A stretch of DNA of 64,000 nucleotides from Marsupella aquatica (lineage: Eukaryota > Plantae > Marchantiophyta), in assembly GCA_973895155.1 (NCBI GenBank), contig OZ316891.1, forward strand, positions 31,317,112 to 31,381,111, read 5' to 3'. The notes beneath the pieces were generated by a model, which saw only the letters and a list, made by a program, of their open reading frames with translations, had not been told where the DNA came from and ran no database searches. A program made the translations under genes and the position numbers. Numbering within the stretch: position 1 is the first letter of the stretch; each line of letters starts with the position of its first letter. This document shows, piece by piece, positions 13,770 to 25,431 of the stretch.

Positions 13770-14085
13770 TTTGCACTCCCTATACTTTTGGGGGCCGCAC
13801 TCCCTATAGATTTGGGTAAAATTAGCACTTCTTTGGTAACATTATTCGATACAAATCTGGTCCCTTTGCACTCCCTATACTTTTGGTTAAAAGTAGCACT
13901 CCCTTGATAACATTCTTTGACACAAATCTGGTTCCTTGCGGCCCTTTGCACTCCCTATACTTTTGGGTAAATGTAGCACTTCCACATAATTAGACACAAA
14001 TCTGGTTCCTGTTTCCCACACTCCCTATATTTTTGGGTAAAAGTAGCACTTCTTGATGATATAATTCGACACAAATCTGGTCCCC
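13770..14085. repeat. Tandem repeat, ~72-75-bp unit, about 4 copies
   Basis: Recurring CACTCCCTATACTTTTGGGTAAAAGTAGCACT...ACAAATCTGG. Confidence 0.85.
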
Positions 14086-15326
14086 TCTTTCCCAACTAAG
14101 GCAGAGTTTACAACAGGGGTGCAGTCTTTTTTTGTTTTATTTACAAGGCAAAGGCCGGGACATGCAAGGGCCTGAAACTTCCCAGTATCTGGCCCTTGCC
14201 TTTGAAAATGAATGGATTCTGTTGTCAGGTCTAGTGCATGAGGAGGCCCAGCCTGCTTTCTCTTGCTCGGTGATATGATGGCAGCTGTGAGGTTTAGGGC
14301 CACATTGTGAAGAGCAGCTCACATGCAAGTTGGGCCTAAGTGTTCTACAAGTTTCCAGGAGGTGCTTTCTTGGCCTTTGTATTATTACCCAGAATCTTTC
14401 TCCAAAAGGCCTAGAAAGAGTTTGGGATTGTTGATGAGTCCTCACTTACTGAAAACTAAAAATCTGGGCACAACAATAAAGTGGTAAACAACCCTTTATG
14501 AACTTAAGCAACCAGTCTTTATGTATATGGTACAGTGCCACAATGATCCCCCAAGATGAGAGCCTAAGCTAAGTTTTGAGGGGCTATGATTGCCCTTAAT
14601 GCACTACTAACAGGACTTTATTACACTCAAAAGGCCACCATTTTACTATTTTTAGTACAATTCAATACTAAGTTTCATGATGCCCCAATCCAAACATGGA
14701 CCATGCATTCTTCTCCATAAACCATCGAGAAAACTACAAACACAAAATCTCAAAAGGCATTAAAACTACAAAAAATAATGAAGGACACAACTACAGAAAC
14801 AACTCACCTGATATTCTGCTTGAGAGGACCTGAGGGAAACTTGTCGTTAGATTAAACAAGGCTTACTGTGCATTCCGGCAGGCAATCTTGCATGATAAGG
14901 GGGTTGGCTAGGATAAACGACATTCAGAAAATCAATCCATATCATCAAAATAAACCCACCTCACCAGTTAAGTAACTTGGCATCTAACGGGTTTTAATCA
15001 TTTGTACTTGTAATGCAAAACAAAAGAATGGTACATGATATAAAGTAGCAATGAACCCTAAACTTAAAGCATGGGCAGACAAGTGCCAGGCTGTTCTTTA
15101 ATGCCACAAGCCCTCCCTAAGCCCTTCTCGAGCCCTGCATAGGGAGTTGGGCCAGGTAATTAAAGCTCCTTAGAGCAGCCCTGATGCGTGATGCATGGCC
15201 CTGCACAGTTGGCCCTGCCGAGGCTCGCATGCATCTGCCTGGCTCACAGTCACTTCGTACCCTTGCCTTGCCTCGCTCAAGGGGGTATTTGAGGGTCTTG
15301 GATCAACTCAAATGGGTACCCAATAT

Positions 15327-15670
15327 TGTTGAGCATAGACGACATTTGCAACGGCAAGCCCATGAACCATCCAACGCACAATAGTCGACACAGAAAGATA
15401 CATGGTTCACCTCCACATGAGACTACGTCCACGGGAACACACAAGAGCTTTACTGCACTCTAGGCCGACCGGCCATACCAAGCATCCACAGCACAAGCTC
15501 TCTCTATCTCTCAACTAGCTCCGTAACAATGAGCCTAAGTTCCACCAGGGTCTGGCATCAGCCCTGGCTATATACACAATAGCACTACCGCTAACTTTAG
15601 CTAAGTCCTAACCCGAGTTAGCCTAACAGTAGTTAGCTCATGAGTCACAAGACTAGAGCAATATCTAACA
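15327..15670 (-). repeat. 3' LTR of the copia element
   Basis: TG...CA; adjacent PPT (AACTCCCCCT on + at 15671-15680). Confidence 0.97.
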
Positions 15671-15877
15671 AACTCCCCCTTGACTCTTGTCTTGGGGACT
15701 GGACTAAATGCTACCATATGGAATCCTCAGCGGGAAGTTCTAGACAATCACCAAACCAGGTCTCCCCCTAAAAACCACAAGGGTTAACTAAGGGTTAACT
15801 AGAACTAAGCCGTAGCCAAACAAGAATGAGTAATCCATATACAAATAGTCACACATTGCTAAATAACTCTACTTGCA

Positions 15878-18800
15878 CTACAATTGCAAAACCTGCAAAG
15901 TAGCACAGTGTCTTGAGAAACTCTCCAAAGGAATCACTTTGGTAAAAGCATCAGCGGGATTGAGCTTTCCATCAATCTTGACTAGCTCAAAAGTTTTATC
16001 AGACACTGCTTGCCTGATAAAATGGTACCTGATATCAATGTGCTTCACCCTGCTATCCATCACCTGGTTAGCAGCCAAGTGAAGAGCACTCTGACTATCA
16101 CAGTTTAGAGTCATTTTTCCATGCTCCAAACCCATCTCCGCGATCAACTTATCCAACCAAATTGCTTCCTTTGCTGCTTCTGTTGCTGCAACATACTCTG
16201 CTTTTGTAGTAGACTGAGATATACACTTCTGCAAGGTAGATTTCCAACTGATACATCCTCCTCCAAGAGTGTATACAAACCCAGTTGTAGACCTCCTTGT
16301 ATCCAGACAGCCTCCATAGTTAGAATCTACATAACCAACTAACGTTCTATCTGATCTGTTATCAAATAGTAATCCATAGTCCTCTGTTCCCTTCAGATAC
16401 CTGAGAATCCACTTCACAACTTCCCAATGTACCTTCCCTGGATTTGACATGAATCTGCTAACCTTGCCCATCGCTAGGGCCAAGTCAAGCCTAGTACAAG
16501 TCATCAAATACATCAGACTGCCTACTGCCTTCTCATAAGGAATCTTAGCCATCAGACCTTTCTCCACAGCATCCGTAGGGGAGAAAGCCAATTATAACTT
16601 GAAATGTGAAGCTAAAGGAATACTCACTGGCTTACAGTTTTCCATGTTGAATCGTGCAAGTACTTTCCTTGCATATTGGCCTTGACTCAAGCACAACTGT
16701 CCAATATCAGAGTTCCTAAAAATCTCCATCCCTAAGATCCTCTTGGCCTTACCAAGATCCTTCATCCTAAATTCAGCGCTCAATTTCGCCTTGAGACTGT
16801 CAACCTCAGATTACAACACTTTCAGCCCGCTCTCTATGGGCCAATGACCCAAAAGGCACACATAGAGCGGTTCTCGTGTGTGGAAATCCACGAGCCATTT
16901 CCAACCTTCGGACCTTACTTGGCTTTACCGGAAAAGGACCAAAAAAGAAAAATATATTATTCAAACGCGGCCCGTTTATTATTCCAGATAAACATAAACT
17001 TGCTTTACTTTGATTTTTTGTGGATATCCCAATCCCAAAGCTCGACCTAACTCTTACTTTCGGAAATCCACCAGCCTGTGGCCCTGAGTTCTCTCTCTCG
17101 CTAGGGTGCGGGAATCTACAAGCTATTTTCGACCTTTAGGTCCTTCGGACCGACGAAGACCCCTCAAGTATCCGCTCCACGGGCATAAAATGATAGAAAA
17201 AGTCCCTGGGCCGCTGCCTTGAACCAAAGGTAGGCGCCGAGTAAGTTCCTGTATTACCGTAGGGGGGCGGGTCCGAGCGAGACATGAGACTAACGGCCCA
17301 AAGGCCACGAGACTCTTATCTTTAGCCACAATTAGCATGTCATCCACATAGATCACCAGAATGATGAAACCAAATACATCATTCTTGACTGATTTCGTAT
17401 ACACACAAGGATCATACACCATCCTTGTAAAACCTTGAGCAAGCATGAAATCATCAAACCGCTTGTTCCACTGTTTGGGAGACTGCTTCAATCCATACAA
17501 GGACTTGAGCAATCTGCAAACTAGGTTCTCTTGGCCCTTCTTCATAAAGCCTAGTGGCTGTCTCATGAAGATCAACTCTTCTAAGTTGCCATAGAGAAAA
17601 GCAGTAACAACATCCATCTGATCCATCACCAGACCAAAAAACACAACAAGTTGACACAAGATCCGAATTGTGGAATACTTAGCCATCGGTGAAAAGACCT
17701 CATTGTAATCCATTCCTTTCTCCTGAGTGAACCCCTTGGCAACAAGCCTTGCCTTGTAGATCTTGTCTCCACCCTCTGAAGGACTATCCTTCAACTTGTA
17801 AATCCACTTGCTGTCCACCACTTGCTGACCTCTTGGAAGCTCCACCAGCTCCCATGTCTTGTTGTCACTCAAAGATTGCAACTCCCTCTGCATTGCTGCA
17901 TTCCACTCATGCTTCTGCTCTGAAGCACAAGCCTCACTGTACGAAGAAGGCTCTCCTTCTTCCAAGATCAAAGCCATGTCATCTTCATCACGTGCAATGT
18001 CAATATCATCTAGCTTAGATGAGTCTGCCCATTGACCATACCTGGTAGGAGCTCTAGTAGAACGACTGGAAGTTCTTCTAGTAGATGACTCAGGCTGATC
18101 TGCTGCTGCTGGTTGAATTTGAGGTACCCCAGCAACAATCTGCTCCTCTTGTTCTATCACAGGAACCAGCTCCAAGCCCGAAGCTTCTCCATCTCTCCTG
18201 TCATGAACAACATCATGACTAATCTCCCCCTCAACCCGGTCCGGGATGGGAGATTTCCCCTTGTCAGTATGGGAGTCTTGAGAACTCTCCCCCTCCTTTG
18301 ATGATCTGGACTCATTAAAGGACACATCTCTACTGACAATTAGCTTACAGGTTACTGGATCCCATAACCTATAACCCTTCACACCTTTCTGATAGCCAAG
18401 GAAAATGCACTTCTTCGACTTGGACTCCAGCTTGGATCAAAGTTGGGAAGGTGTAAGGACATAAGCATCACATGCAAAAATCCTTAGATGTGAGTAATCT
18501 GCTGGACGCCCGTACCTCATTTCAAATGGCGTCTTGAATCCAATAGAACTGGATGGAGAAAAATTTACCAAATAAGCTGCAGTGTTGACAGCTTCAGCCC
18601 AAAACTCATGTGGTAAGCATGATTGACTCAACATACTCCTCGAGCGGTCCAATAGTGTTTGGTTGAGTCTCTCAAAAACACCATTCTATTGAGGAGTATA
18701 ACTTGTTGTGAGATGGCGGGTGATCCCCTGCTCCTTACAATACGTTCCAAATTCCTCGGAACTGTATTCACCGCCGTTATTCGATCGAAGATATCTCACC

Positions 18801-19200
18801 TTATTACCAGTCTGATTCTCAACTTGGGCTTTCCACTCCTTAAAAGTGGCAAAAACATCAGACTTACTGTGTAGAAAGTATATCCACACATACCTTGAGT
18901 AATCGTCTATGGACGTGACATAGTATAACTGTCCAGAATGTGAGGGAGTAGGGGCTGGACCCCACACATCACTATGTACATACTCAAGTACCTCCTTGCT
19001 GGTGTGAGTTCCAACTCCGAAGGGTTTCCTGTGCTGCTTCCCAAGCACACAGTTCTCACAAAATTCCAAATTACAAGTTTGCAAATTAGAAAGTAATCAT
19101 TTCTTCTGAAGAATAACCAAACCTTTTTCACTCATGTGGCCCAAACGGAAGTGCCACAGCCGGGCCGTCTCCTCATGAGATAAGTTTACATTGGCTTCAT
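15878..19200 (-). pseudogene. copia pol: GAG-pre-integrase, integrase, RT, RNase H (stops, frameshifts, 504-bp insert)
   Basis: LWHFRLGHMSEKG; EFCENCVLGKQHR; LEYVHSDVWGP; YKARLVAKGFTQ; QMDVVTAFL; SLYGLKQS; YVDDML; EFRMKDLG; KHIDIRYHFIR; NPADAFTK. Confidence 0.95.
16811..17314. mobile_element. Unclassified ~504-bp insertion in the copia RT
   Basis: Removing it restores [32 protein letters not shown] in frame; no TG...CA ends, no clean TSD; boundaries uncertain by ~3 bp. Confidence 0.8.
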
Positions 19201-22200
19201 TGTCACTTGCCTATCCAACGATTAATACGTGCAAACCGTACTTTTCTTCGCTTAAACCGTTGGTATCGTATTACGGGGTCGTGGAGGGACGCTATTTGGA
19301 GGATTTTCACACCTAAGGATGAGTATGTTTAATTCCGCTCCCGGAAGTGTACTTTTTGATCAAGTCTACCGACTGGTCTCTCCATTTTTTATCAAGTCCA
19401 AGGGACTGATCCTACCATCTACAACTCATGCCCACCGGGTGAGTGCTGTCACCACCCCCCTCCCATGGGCAAGCATACAAACGTTTACAATAAGGTTTGA
19501 ACACTAGTGAAAAGGGAAAATGTTTCCACAACGAAACCGACCACATGCACTAGGGGAGGAAAACAAACAACACAAGCAACAACAAGTGACACACAAAATA
19601 TTGGAACCTCAAGCCAAATCCATATCTCTTGGTGTTTCCTGTAACACATGCAAGGACAACCCGGCCTCCTGCCGTCTGCCCAACTCCTGCCTCCCTGGGA
19701 CAAGTGCTACGTTCTCCATCTCACTACTCTGGCTTGAACTTCACCTAATCGGTGCGCTACTCACAAAAGCTACTCAAAAGCATCAAAGCACTACGCTGAG
19801 TTCCCCCCCTCACTACTCTGGGGCTCTCCCCCTAAATACCAAGAAAACACACCAAAGCACCCCTCACGGGGCCACAACGATGGCGGCTTACCCTAGCGGC
19901 GTCGCTAAACCCTTCACTAAGAAACCCCTAAACTAAAATCATGCGGCACACACATGATTCTAAAACCCTAAACCCTAAACTAACAATGGGCCGGCGGTGC
20001 CTTCGACGGTGCCCCAACATTACTCCATGAACCGTGAAATTGCAAGGAACCCCACAATGGCCGAAACTAGGTGCCCTTCCACTTGCACTTCTGAGTTCAC
20101 CCCTGGATAGCCCTCCTCCTCCTGATCATGAATCACTCAACTTCTCTTGAAACGGACATCGGACGACCAAGTTATGGTCGTTTTAGTATCCCGTAAACCC
20201 AACTTTGTCGGGCCCTAACTTGCTCATCCTGGCTCCGTTTGAGGAGCGCCGCCTCTTGTTGGAATCAGCTCCGCGAGCTCTTTCCAACAAGCCCGTGAGT
20301 GATCCCTCACAAAAAAGTTGGAAAGTCAAGGGGCCGTACAACCACGTCCGTACGACCACTCTAATCCTCCTCCTCTTCACTCACGGTACCCTGGCTTGAG
20401 CCCCGTGAGTGGGCCTCCTCATCACTCTCCACCGGAGTGAGTGCCACTTCACTCCTCTTTTTCTTCACCGGGGTACTCCTTGTGCTAGTGTTCCCCTACT
20501 TCTCAAATTGGCCAAGGCTTGCCACGCCTTGATGTACCCCTCACCAATGGTGTCCTTCCATAAGGCCGCCTCTTCACCGGACCGCAATTCCAACGATAAA
20601 ACCTGCCCGGTGGCCATGGGAGTCCCAGGGGTGACAGATCGGGGTGGCATCCCCGGGGTCTCCGTGTTGACCTGAGCTTCACGTAAAGATTTACGTACCT
20701 CCCTGAGCTTCTTCTCTAAGCTCTTGCTCTTCTCTTGACTCTTCTTGGCTGCATCTTGACTCTTCTTGGCTGCATCCAACAGGGGTCCATACTTCCCACT
20801 GACTTCCTTCACCACCATCTCAATGGCCCTGGAGATCAGATCCGGGGACAGGGTGGAGCTAAGTGTGCAGGGGCTCTTCCGTTTCCCCAGACTCAAGGCC
20901 TCACTCCTCTTAGCCCTTGTCTCAAAGATCACCAATTGACTCCGTAGTGCTCCCACATGGGCTCTTAACTCCACCATTTCTCCAGAATTCTGCTTCTCTT
21001 TGGCCAATGCCTGTTTCAATACTCCAACCTCTTTCGCTTCCTTGGCCTTGGAGGACAAGGCTCCCTTCAAGTTGGAGATCTCTAAGTGAGCTGCTTGGAG
21101 AAGTTTAACCTTCTCATGAATGGCCTCCTCCTTGGCCTTGATCACCTCCTTCATAGACAGGGCACTCTGCTCCAAAGTCTCTACTCTGGCGGTGGCCTGC
21201 TTGAGAGAATCTCTCAATGCGTGGACTAGCTTGAGTCCCTCATGGACTCCCTCCCGGAATTCCCGTAACTCCGCCAGGTAGACATCAGGAATGTCATAGA
21301 CCAGGGGCTCCTCCGGATTTCCCACAAGTGATTCAAGCCACTCCAATGTGGAGTCCTCATCCTGGTTTTCTTCCTCTCTATTATCATCCCCAACCGCCAA
21401 GGATGATCCCTCCGTTAGTCTCCCAAAGATGGTAGTGGCAATACTCCTGATTTCCGTGGTAAGGGATGATCCAGTGTCTTCCTGTCCCGGGGAAACAATC
21501 CACCCTTCTGCTCTGGCTAGCAAAAATGACCTCATCAAATGTACAGCCCCACCTGGTTTCACACTCCCGAGATTGGCGTCCAATAGCTTCTTCAACCCGT
21601 AGTACCACCATCCGTACACATGGGCTGGATAGTTCTTGATGTCCATAGCTACCACGAAGTGCTCTCCATTCACCACCCCGGATTGCACGTTACCAAGGAC
21701 CCGTTGATGAACCTTGGCCAGAAATCCCTTGTGCTCAACATCCTTGACGGCGGAAAGAGGAATGGAAGTAGTGGAGGTGGGATTAATCACCCAACTGGCC
21801 ACCATTGTCAATGTGAGCTCTCCCCTTATGTTCCGAGGTGTGAATGAGAATTGTTGGTTCTCCAGAAACAGAAGCTTAGCTAACTCCACATGGGGCACTA
21901 CCCGTCGGAGACATTCAAAGTAGATTCCTTCCGTACGTAACTCCATCCCGGCCCCAATGTTCCAACTCTTCCCCGAAGGGATTGTAATCTCCACCTTCAT
22001 GAACTCCATGAGCCCGGTGGCTAGAAAAATATTCCTACAATCCTCCATCACCTTGGCGGAGGTTTTGGGATAAATTCGACGAAAAACCTTCCTCATAACC
22101 GGTGCTGGACTTGCTGCCGGTCCAATACGCATTGTAGCGTCTCTCTCTTCTCTCTCTCTTGCAATCAATGTCTCAACGTAGTCACGGTAAGCAGCCTTGT

Positions 22201-23674
22201 ATCTCCGAATGTGTGCCTCACTAAACTCTGGTTGATCCAGCATCCATGCATCCAGAAATCCAATCCCCAATCACCAAATCTCGTCACCCATAGCAATGTC
22301 AATTCCCTGGCCCGAAACGGCCCCCGTATCCCGATCAATCAATGACCCAATCTCAATTTCCCAGACATAATTCACTGCAGCCACCGTTAATGCTCGGAGA
22401 CAGTGAGTCCCCCAATTCAATGTTGAGCTAGAGAGAAAGGGAAAAAAATTGGAGAACCAGGAACCAGGGTACTGTTTACAGAGAAGCAGTTTTGAGGGAA
22501 GCTTTCGGCATCTCAAGGGAAGCAAGAAAAAAGTTAAGGGGGAAGCAAGAAGTGGTGGCCTTCCTAAGGGCGCAGGGTCCCCCTTAAGTATACCCCTGAG
22601 CGCCAGGTGCCGTCCGCTGCCCTCTCCCGGTTATTGACTCACCCGAGTATCGGGGAGTATTTTCTCCCCCCTTCTGCCGCTCGCGTACCTGCCCCCCTCT
22701 CACCTGCCCCCCGAAGCATCCCGGCTGCGCTTAAATGGGGGATTTAATTCTCCCCCCACTACTCGCGGGAGTGCCTCGCGCCTCCCTTCTCGCGGGAGCT
22801 CCTTGCGCCTCCCTGACGGGGCATACTCGCGGTGGCCTTCCCCCCATGGGGTTTGAAACCCCCCTTCTCTTTCTTCACCCTCCTGTGCCTCGCGGTGGCC
22901 TTCCAGTCCTTCGAGGCCGGGGAAATTTAATCCCCCCTACTCACAGCCCCTCATGCGGGCTCTTCCCACGGGAGCTTAATTGCCCCCCCAATTCATGATC
23001 TTCTCCTCCCGGCGCCGGCTGCGCTGTGCCTCGGCTCGCCCCGCTTTCTCCCCCTCGCCGCTGCGTCTACTTGCGGCTGTGGCTGGTGGGCTTGCGGCCC
23101 TATGCAGGGCTCGCTCCCCTCCCTTCGTTCACTTGCAGGCCCCAGATGCAAGCGGCCCTATGCAGGGCGCGCCCGGTCCTGCTCCCTCCTCGCGGGAGGG
23201 TTTAATACCCCCCTCCCTTCTTCACTCACCCGTCCTTTGGGCCCGGCTCACGGGAGCTCCTGGCTTGCGGCACCCTCGCTCGTGCGGCGCGCCTCCCTAT
23301 GCAAGGGCTAGGTTTCCCCGAGCGCCACCTGGTCACTCGCAGGGCTCCCTAATGGGGAATTTTAATCCCCCCAAAGCTCCCTTTTATTCCTCAAATTACA
23401 AGGGGGTCGCAACAATAGCTCAAGCAAACGATAATTCCTATGGGGTTGGCCCTCTAGCTTTTTAAGGTCCCAAAATATTTGCCTGCTTAGGTCGCCACAA
23501 ATCTTAGAACTATTATGAGAGAAAGAATATAAAGTCACCCGGGGCATCATCAACCTACAATGGCGGAAATAACTAAAAAAAAATTAAAAATGGCTTATTT
23601 ACAGTGGCTATTAACAAGGCACACCCCTCTGCAACCCATTATTTGTGATTTCGAGTGACGGGGACCCCGTCACA
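19201..23674 (-). mobile_element. 4474-bp nested insertion, putative giant solo LTR carrying an ORF
   Basis: Termini TGTCAC...GTCACA; perfect TSD TTCAT (19196-19200 / 23675-23679); removal restores LYVLEGSVVCDE-ANVNLSHEETARLWHFRLGH; no internal terminal direct repeat and no gag/pol seen. Confidence 0.85.
20465..22270 (-). CDS. ~600-aa TE accessory protein: globular N-half, acidic linker, C-terminal coiled coil
   Basis: 601 open codons; first ATG at 22243 (592 aa); upstream ATG at 22291 separated by a single in-frame TGA (22271-22273); K/E/A/L heptad-rich C-terminus. Confidence 0.75.
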   Translation of the reverse strand: MGIGFLDAWMLDQPEFSEAHIRRYKAAYRDYVETLIAREREERDATMRIGPAASPAPVMRKVFRRIYPKTSAKVMEDCRNIFLATGLMEFMKVEITIPSGKSWNIGAGMELRTEGIYFECLRRVVPHVELAKLLFLENQQFSFTPRNIRGELTLTMVASWVINPTSTTSIPLSAVKDVEHKGFLAKVHQRVLGNVQSGVVNGEHFVVAMDIKNYPAHVYGWWYYGLKKLLDANLGSVKPGGAVHLMRSFLLARAEGWIVSPGQEDTGSSLTTEIRSIATTIFGRLTEGSSLAVGDDNREEENQDEDSTLEWLESLVGNPEEPLVYDIPDVYLAELREFREGVHEGLKLVHALRDSLKQATARVETLEQSALSMKEVIKAKEEAIHEKVKLLQAAHLEISNLKGALSSKAKEAKEVGVLKQALAKEKQNSGEMVELRAHVGALRSQLVIFETRAKRSEALSLGKRKSPCTLSSTLSPDLISRAIEMVVKEVSGKYGPLLDAAKKSQDAAKKSQEKSKSLEKKLREVRKSLREAQVNTETPGMPPRSVTPGTPMATGQVLSLELRSGEEAALWKDTIGEGYIKAWQALANLRSRGTLAQGVPR

Positions 23675-25130
23675 TTCATCACAGACTACACTGCCCTCCA
23701 AAACGTATAGATTGCTATGTCTCTTTCCCTTCAATACAAGTTTAGTACCAGTTGAAACCTGAAGGACACCATTAGCAGAGCTCCACTGATGGCCATTTGC
23801 TTCTAAAACTCCAAGTGAAATGAGATTTTTTATCATGCTGGGAATATGTCTCACATTCCTCAATGTTCTCACAGCACCATCAAACATCTTAAATCTTACA
23901 GATCCAAGTCCAACAACTTGACATGGGATTCCATTTCCCATCAACACTGACCCATTGGAAACCGTGTAAGAACTAAAACAATCTCTCCTAGAGTAAATGT
24001 GAAAAGTATATGCACTATCTAGAATCCAGTCATCACTACCTGGATTTGATATTACGTTGAGAGCATAACCTTGACATCACAATATGTCATCATCATCGAG
24101 TAAATCTACCTCATGCGAGCTCGATGCCGCATTAGCAGAGGCAGTAGGGACCTTTACTCAACAATCCCTTTTCATGTGGCCAGGCTTGCCACAATTCCAA
24201 CATGCAAGAGACTTCCTCTCTTGCGATTTCCCTCTGGATTTAGATCTCCCCCGTGATGTAGATCTAAACCTGTTCTGCCCATTCGTGCGCTACACTGCTC
24301 TTCCCCTGTTCACATTGAGCGCAGTGCCAAAAGAAGATGCTGTCTGTGATTGACCCAGCTTCTTCTGAGCATCATCAGACAGTAAAGAGCTCACCACCTC
24401 ATTATACGAAATGGACTTCAAATCTCTGTACAAGAGCACCTGTTTCAAGCCCTGATATGACGGCGATAAGGAGCTCAGCAAAAGCAAGGCCTTATCCTCA
24501 TCTTCAACTCCTTTTCCCAGGTTTGACAGATCCACTGCTAGACTATCAAACTCATCCAGGTGATCCTGCATCTTGCTCCCTTCCTTGAGCCTGAGGCTCA
24601 TCAAGAGAGACTTCTTGTATAGCCGGTCTGACGCATCTTCCCGGTAGTACTTCTCTTGTAGAGCCTTGAATAGTGACGTGCAATCCGCATAATCATCCAG
24701 CTGCTTGATGATGTGCGGCTTGAGATATAGCATCATTGCATTGACAGCAATCACCTGCTCCTGTCTCCATTATCTCACAGAAATCTCCTCCTCTCCATCA
24801 TACTACTCTCGCGATGAAAGCAAATGAGCTAAGCCCATTGCACGAAGAACACCCTTCACTTGCTTCTCCCACAACAGGTAATCAGTACGACCATCGTACT
24901 TTTTCCACCTCAAACTTCACTCCTCCGAATCTAGCCATCTCTCTCTTCCCAACTACCAACAGCTCTGGTAGTAGAACAGCTTCCTCCACTGCATGTCGCA
25001 CTGGTGATCGTACCGGTGAAACCTGTTCCTCCTCAAAGGGTAGCAGCTCCTCCTCAGACTCTCCGTCTGACCGTCGTGAACCTGAAGCTTCACCGACTCC
25101 AATTCTCCCAGTCTCCTCCGAGTCACTCAT
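23675..25130 (-). pseudogene. copia gag, zinc knuckle and protease (frameshifts and stops)
   Basis: KFEVEK/YDGRTDYLLW; DEDKALLLLSSL; CWNCGKPGHMKRDC; WILDSAYTFHI; TLRNVRHIPSMIKNLISLG. Confidence 0.93.
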
Positions 25131-25158
25131 ATGAGAGAATCACCATGCAACCAAATTG

Positions 25159-25431
25159 CGAGAGGCCACAGGCCGTGGGCTGTGGGTGCCAACCCACACA
25201 ACCAAAGATGAATCGGTCACAGGCCGTGGGCTGTAGGTGCTAGCCAAGCTGCAAGGGGCCACAGGCCGTGGGCTGCGAGTGCCTCCTCACCAAGCTGCAA
25301 GAGGCCACAAGCCGTGGGCTGCGAGTGCCTCCTTACCAAACCGCAAGAGGCCACAAGCCGTGGGCTGTGAGTGCCTCCTCACCAAGATGCAAGAGGCCAC
25401 AGGCCGTGGGCTGTGGGTGCCAACCCACAAA
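25159..25431. repeat. Tandem array (~43-49-bp unit, 6 copies) in the copia 5' leader
   Basis: Core CACARGCCGTGGGCTG repeated six times. Confidence 0.9.

Noticed and set aside
19201-19591. Short LTR defined by the 9-bp inverted repeat TGTCACTTG/CAAGTGACA, and PBS-like TGGTATC at 19261
   Set aside because: No second copy at the other end of the insertion, no TSD at 19592, and TGGTATC does not follow an LTR end
22735-23465. Plus-strand ORFs in the GC-rich part of the nested insertion
   Set aside because: Explained by stop-codon scarcity in GC-rich repeats
25159-25431. CRISPR-like repeat/spacer appearance (also 39490-40370)
   Set aside because: Intervening sequences are themselves homologous, no cas genes, eukaryotic context
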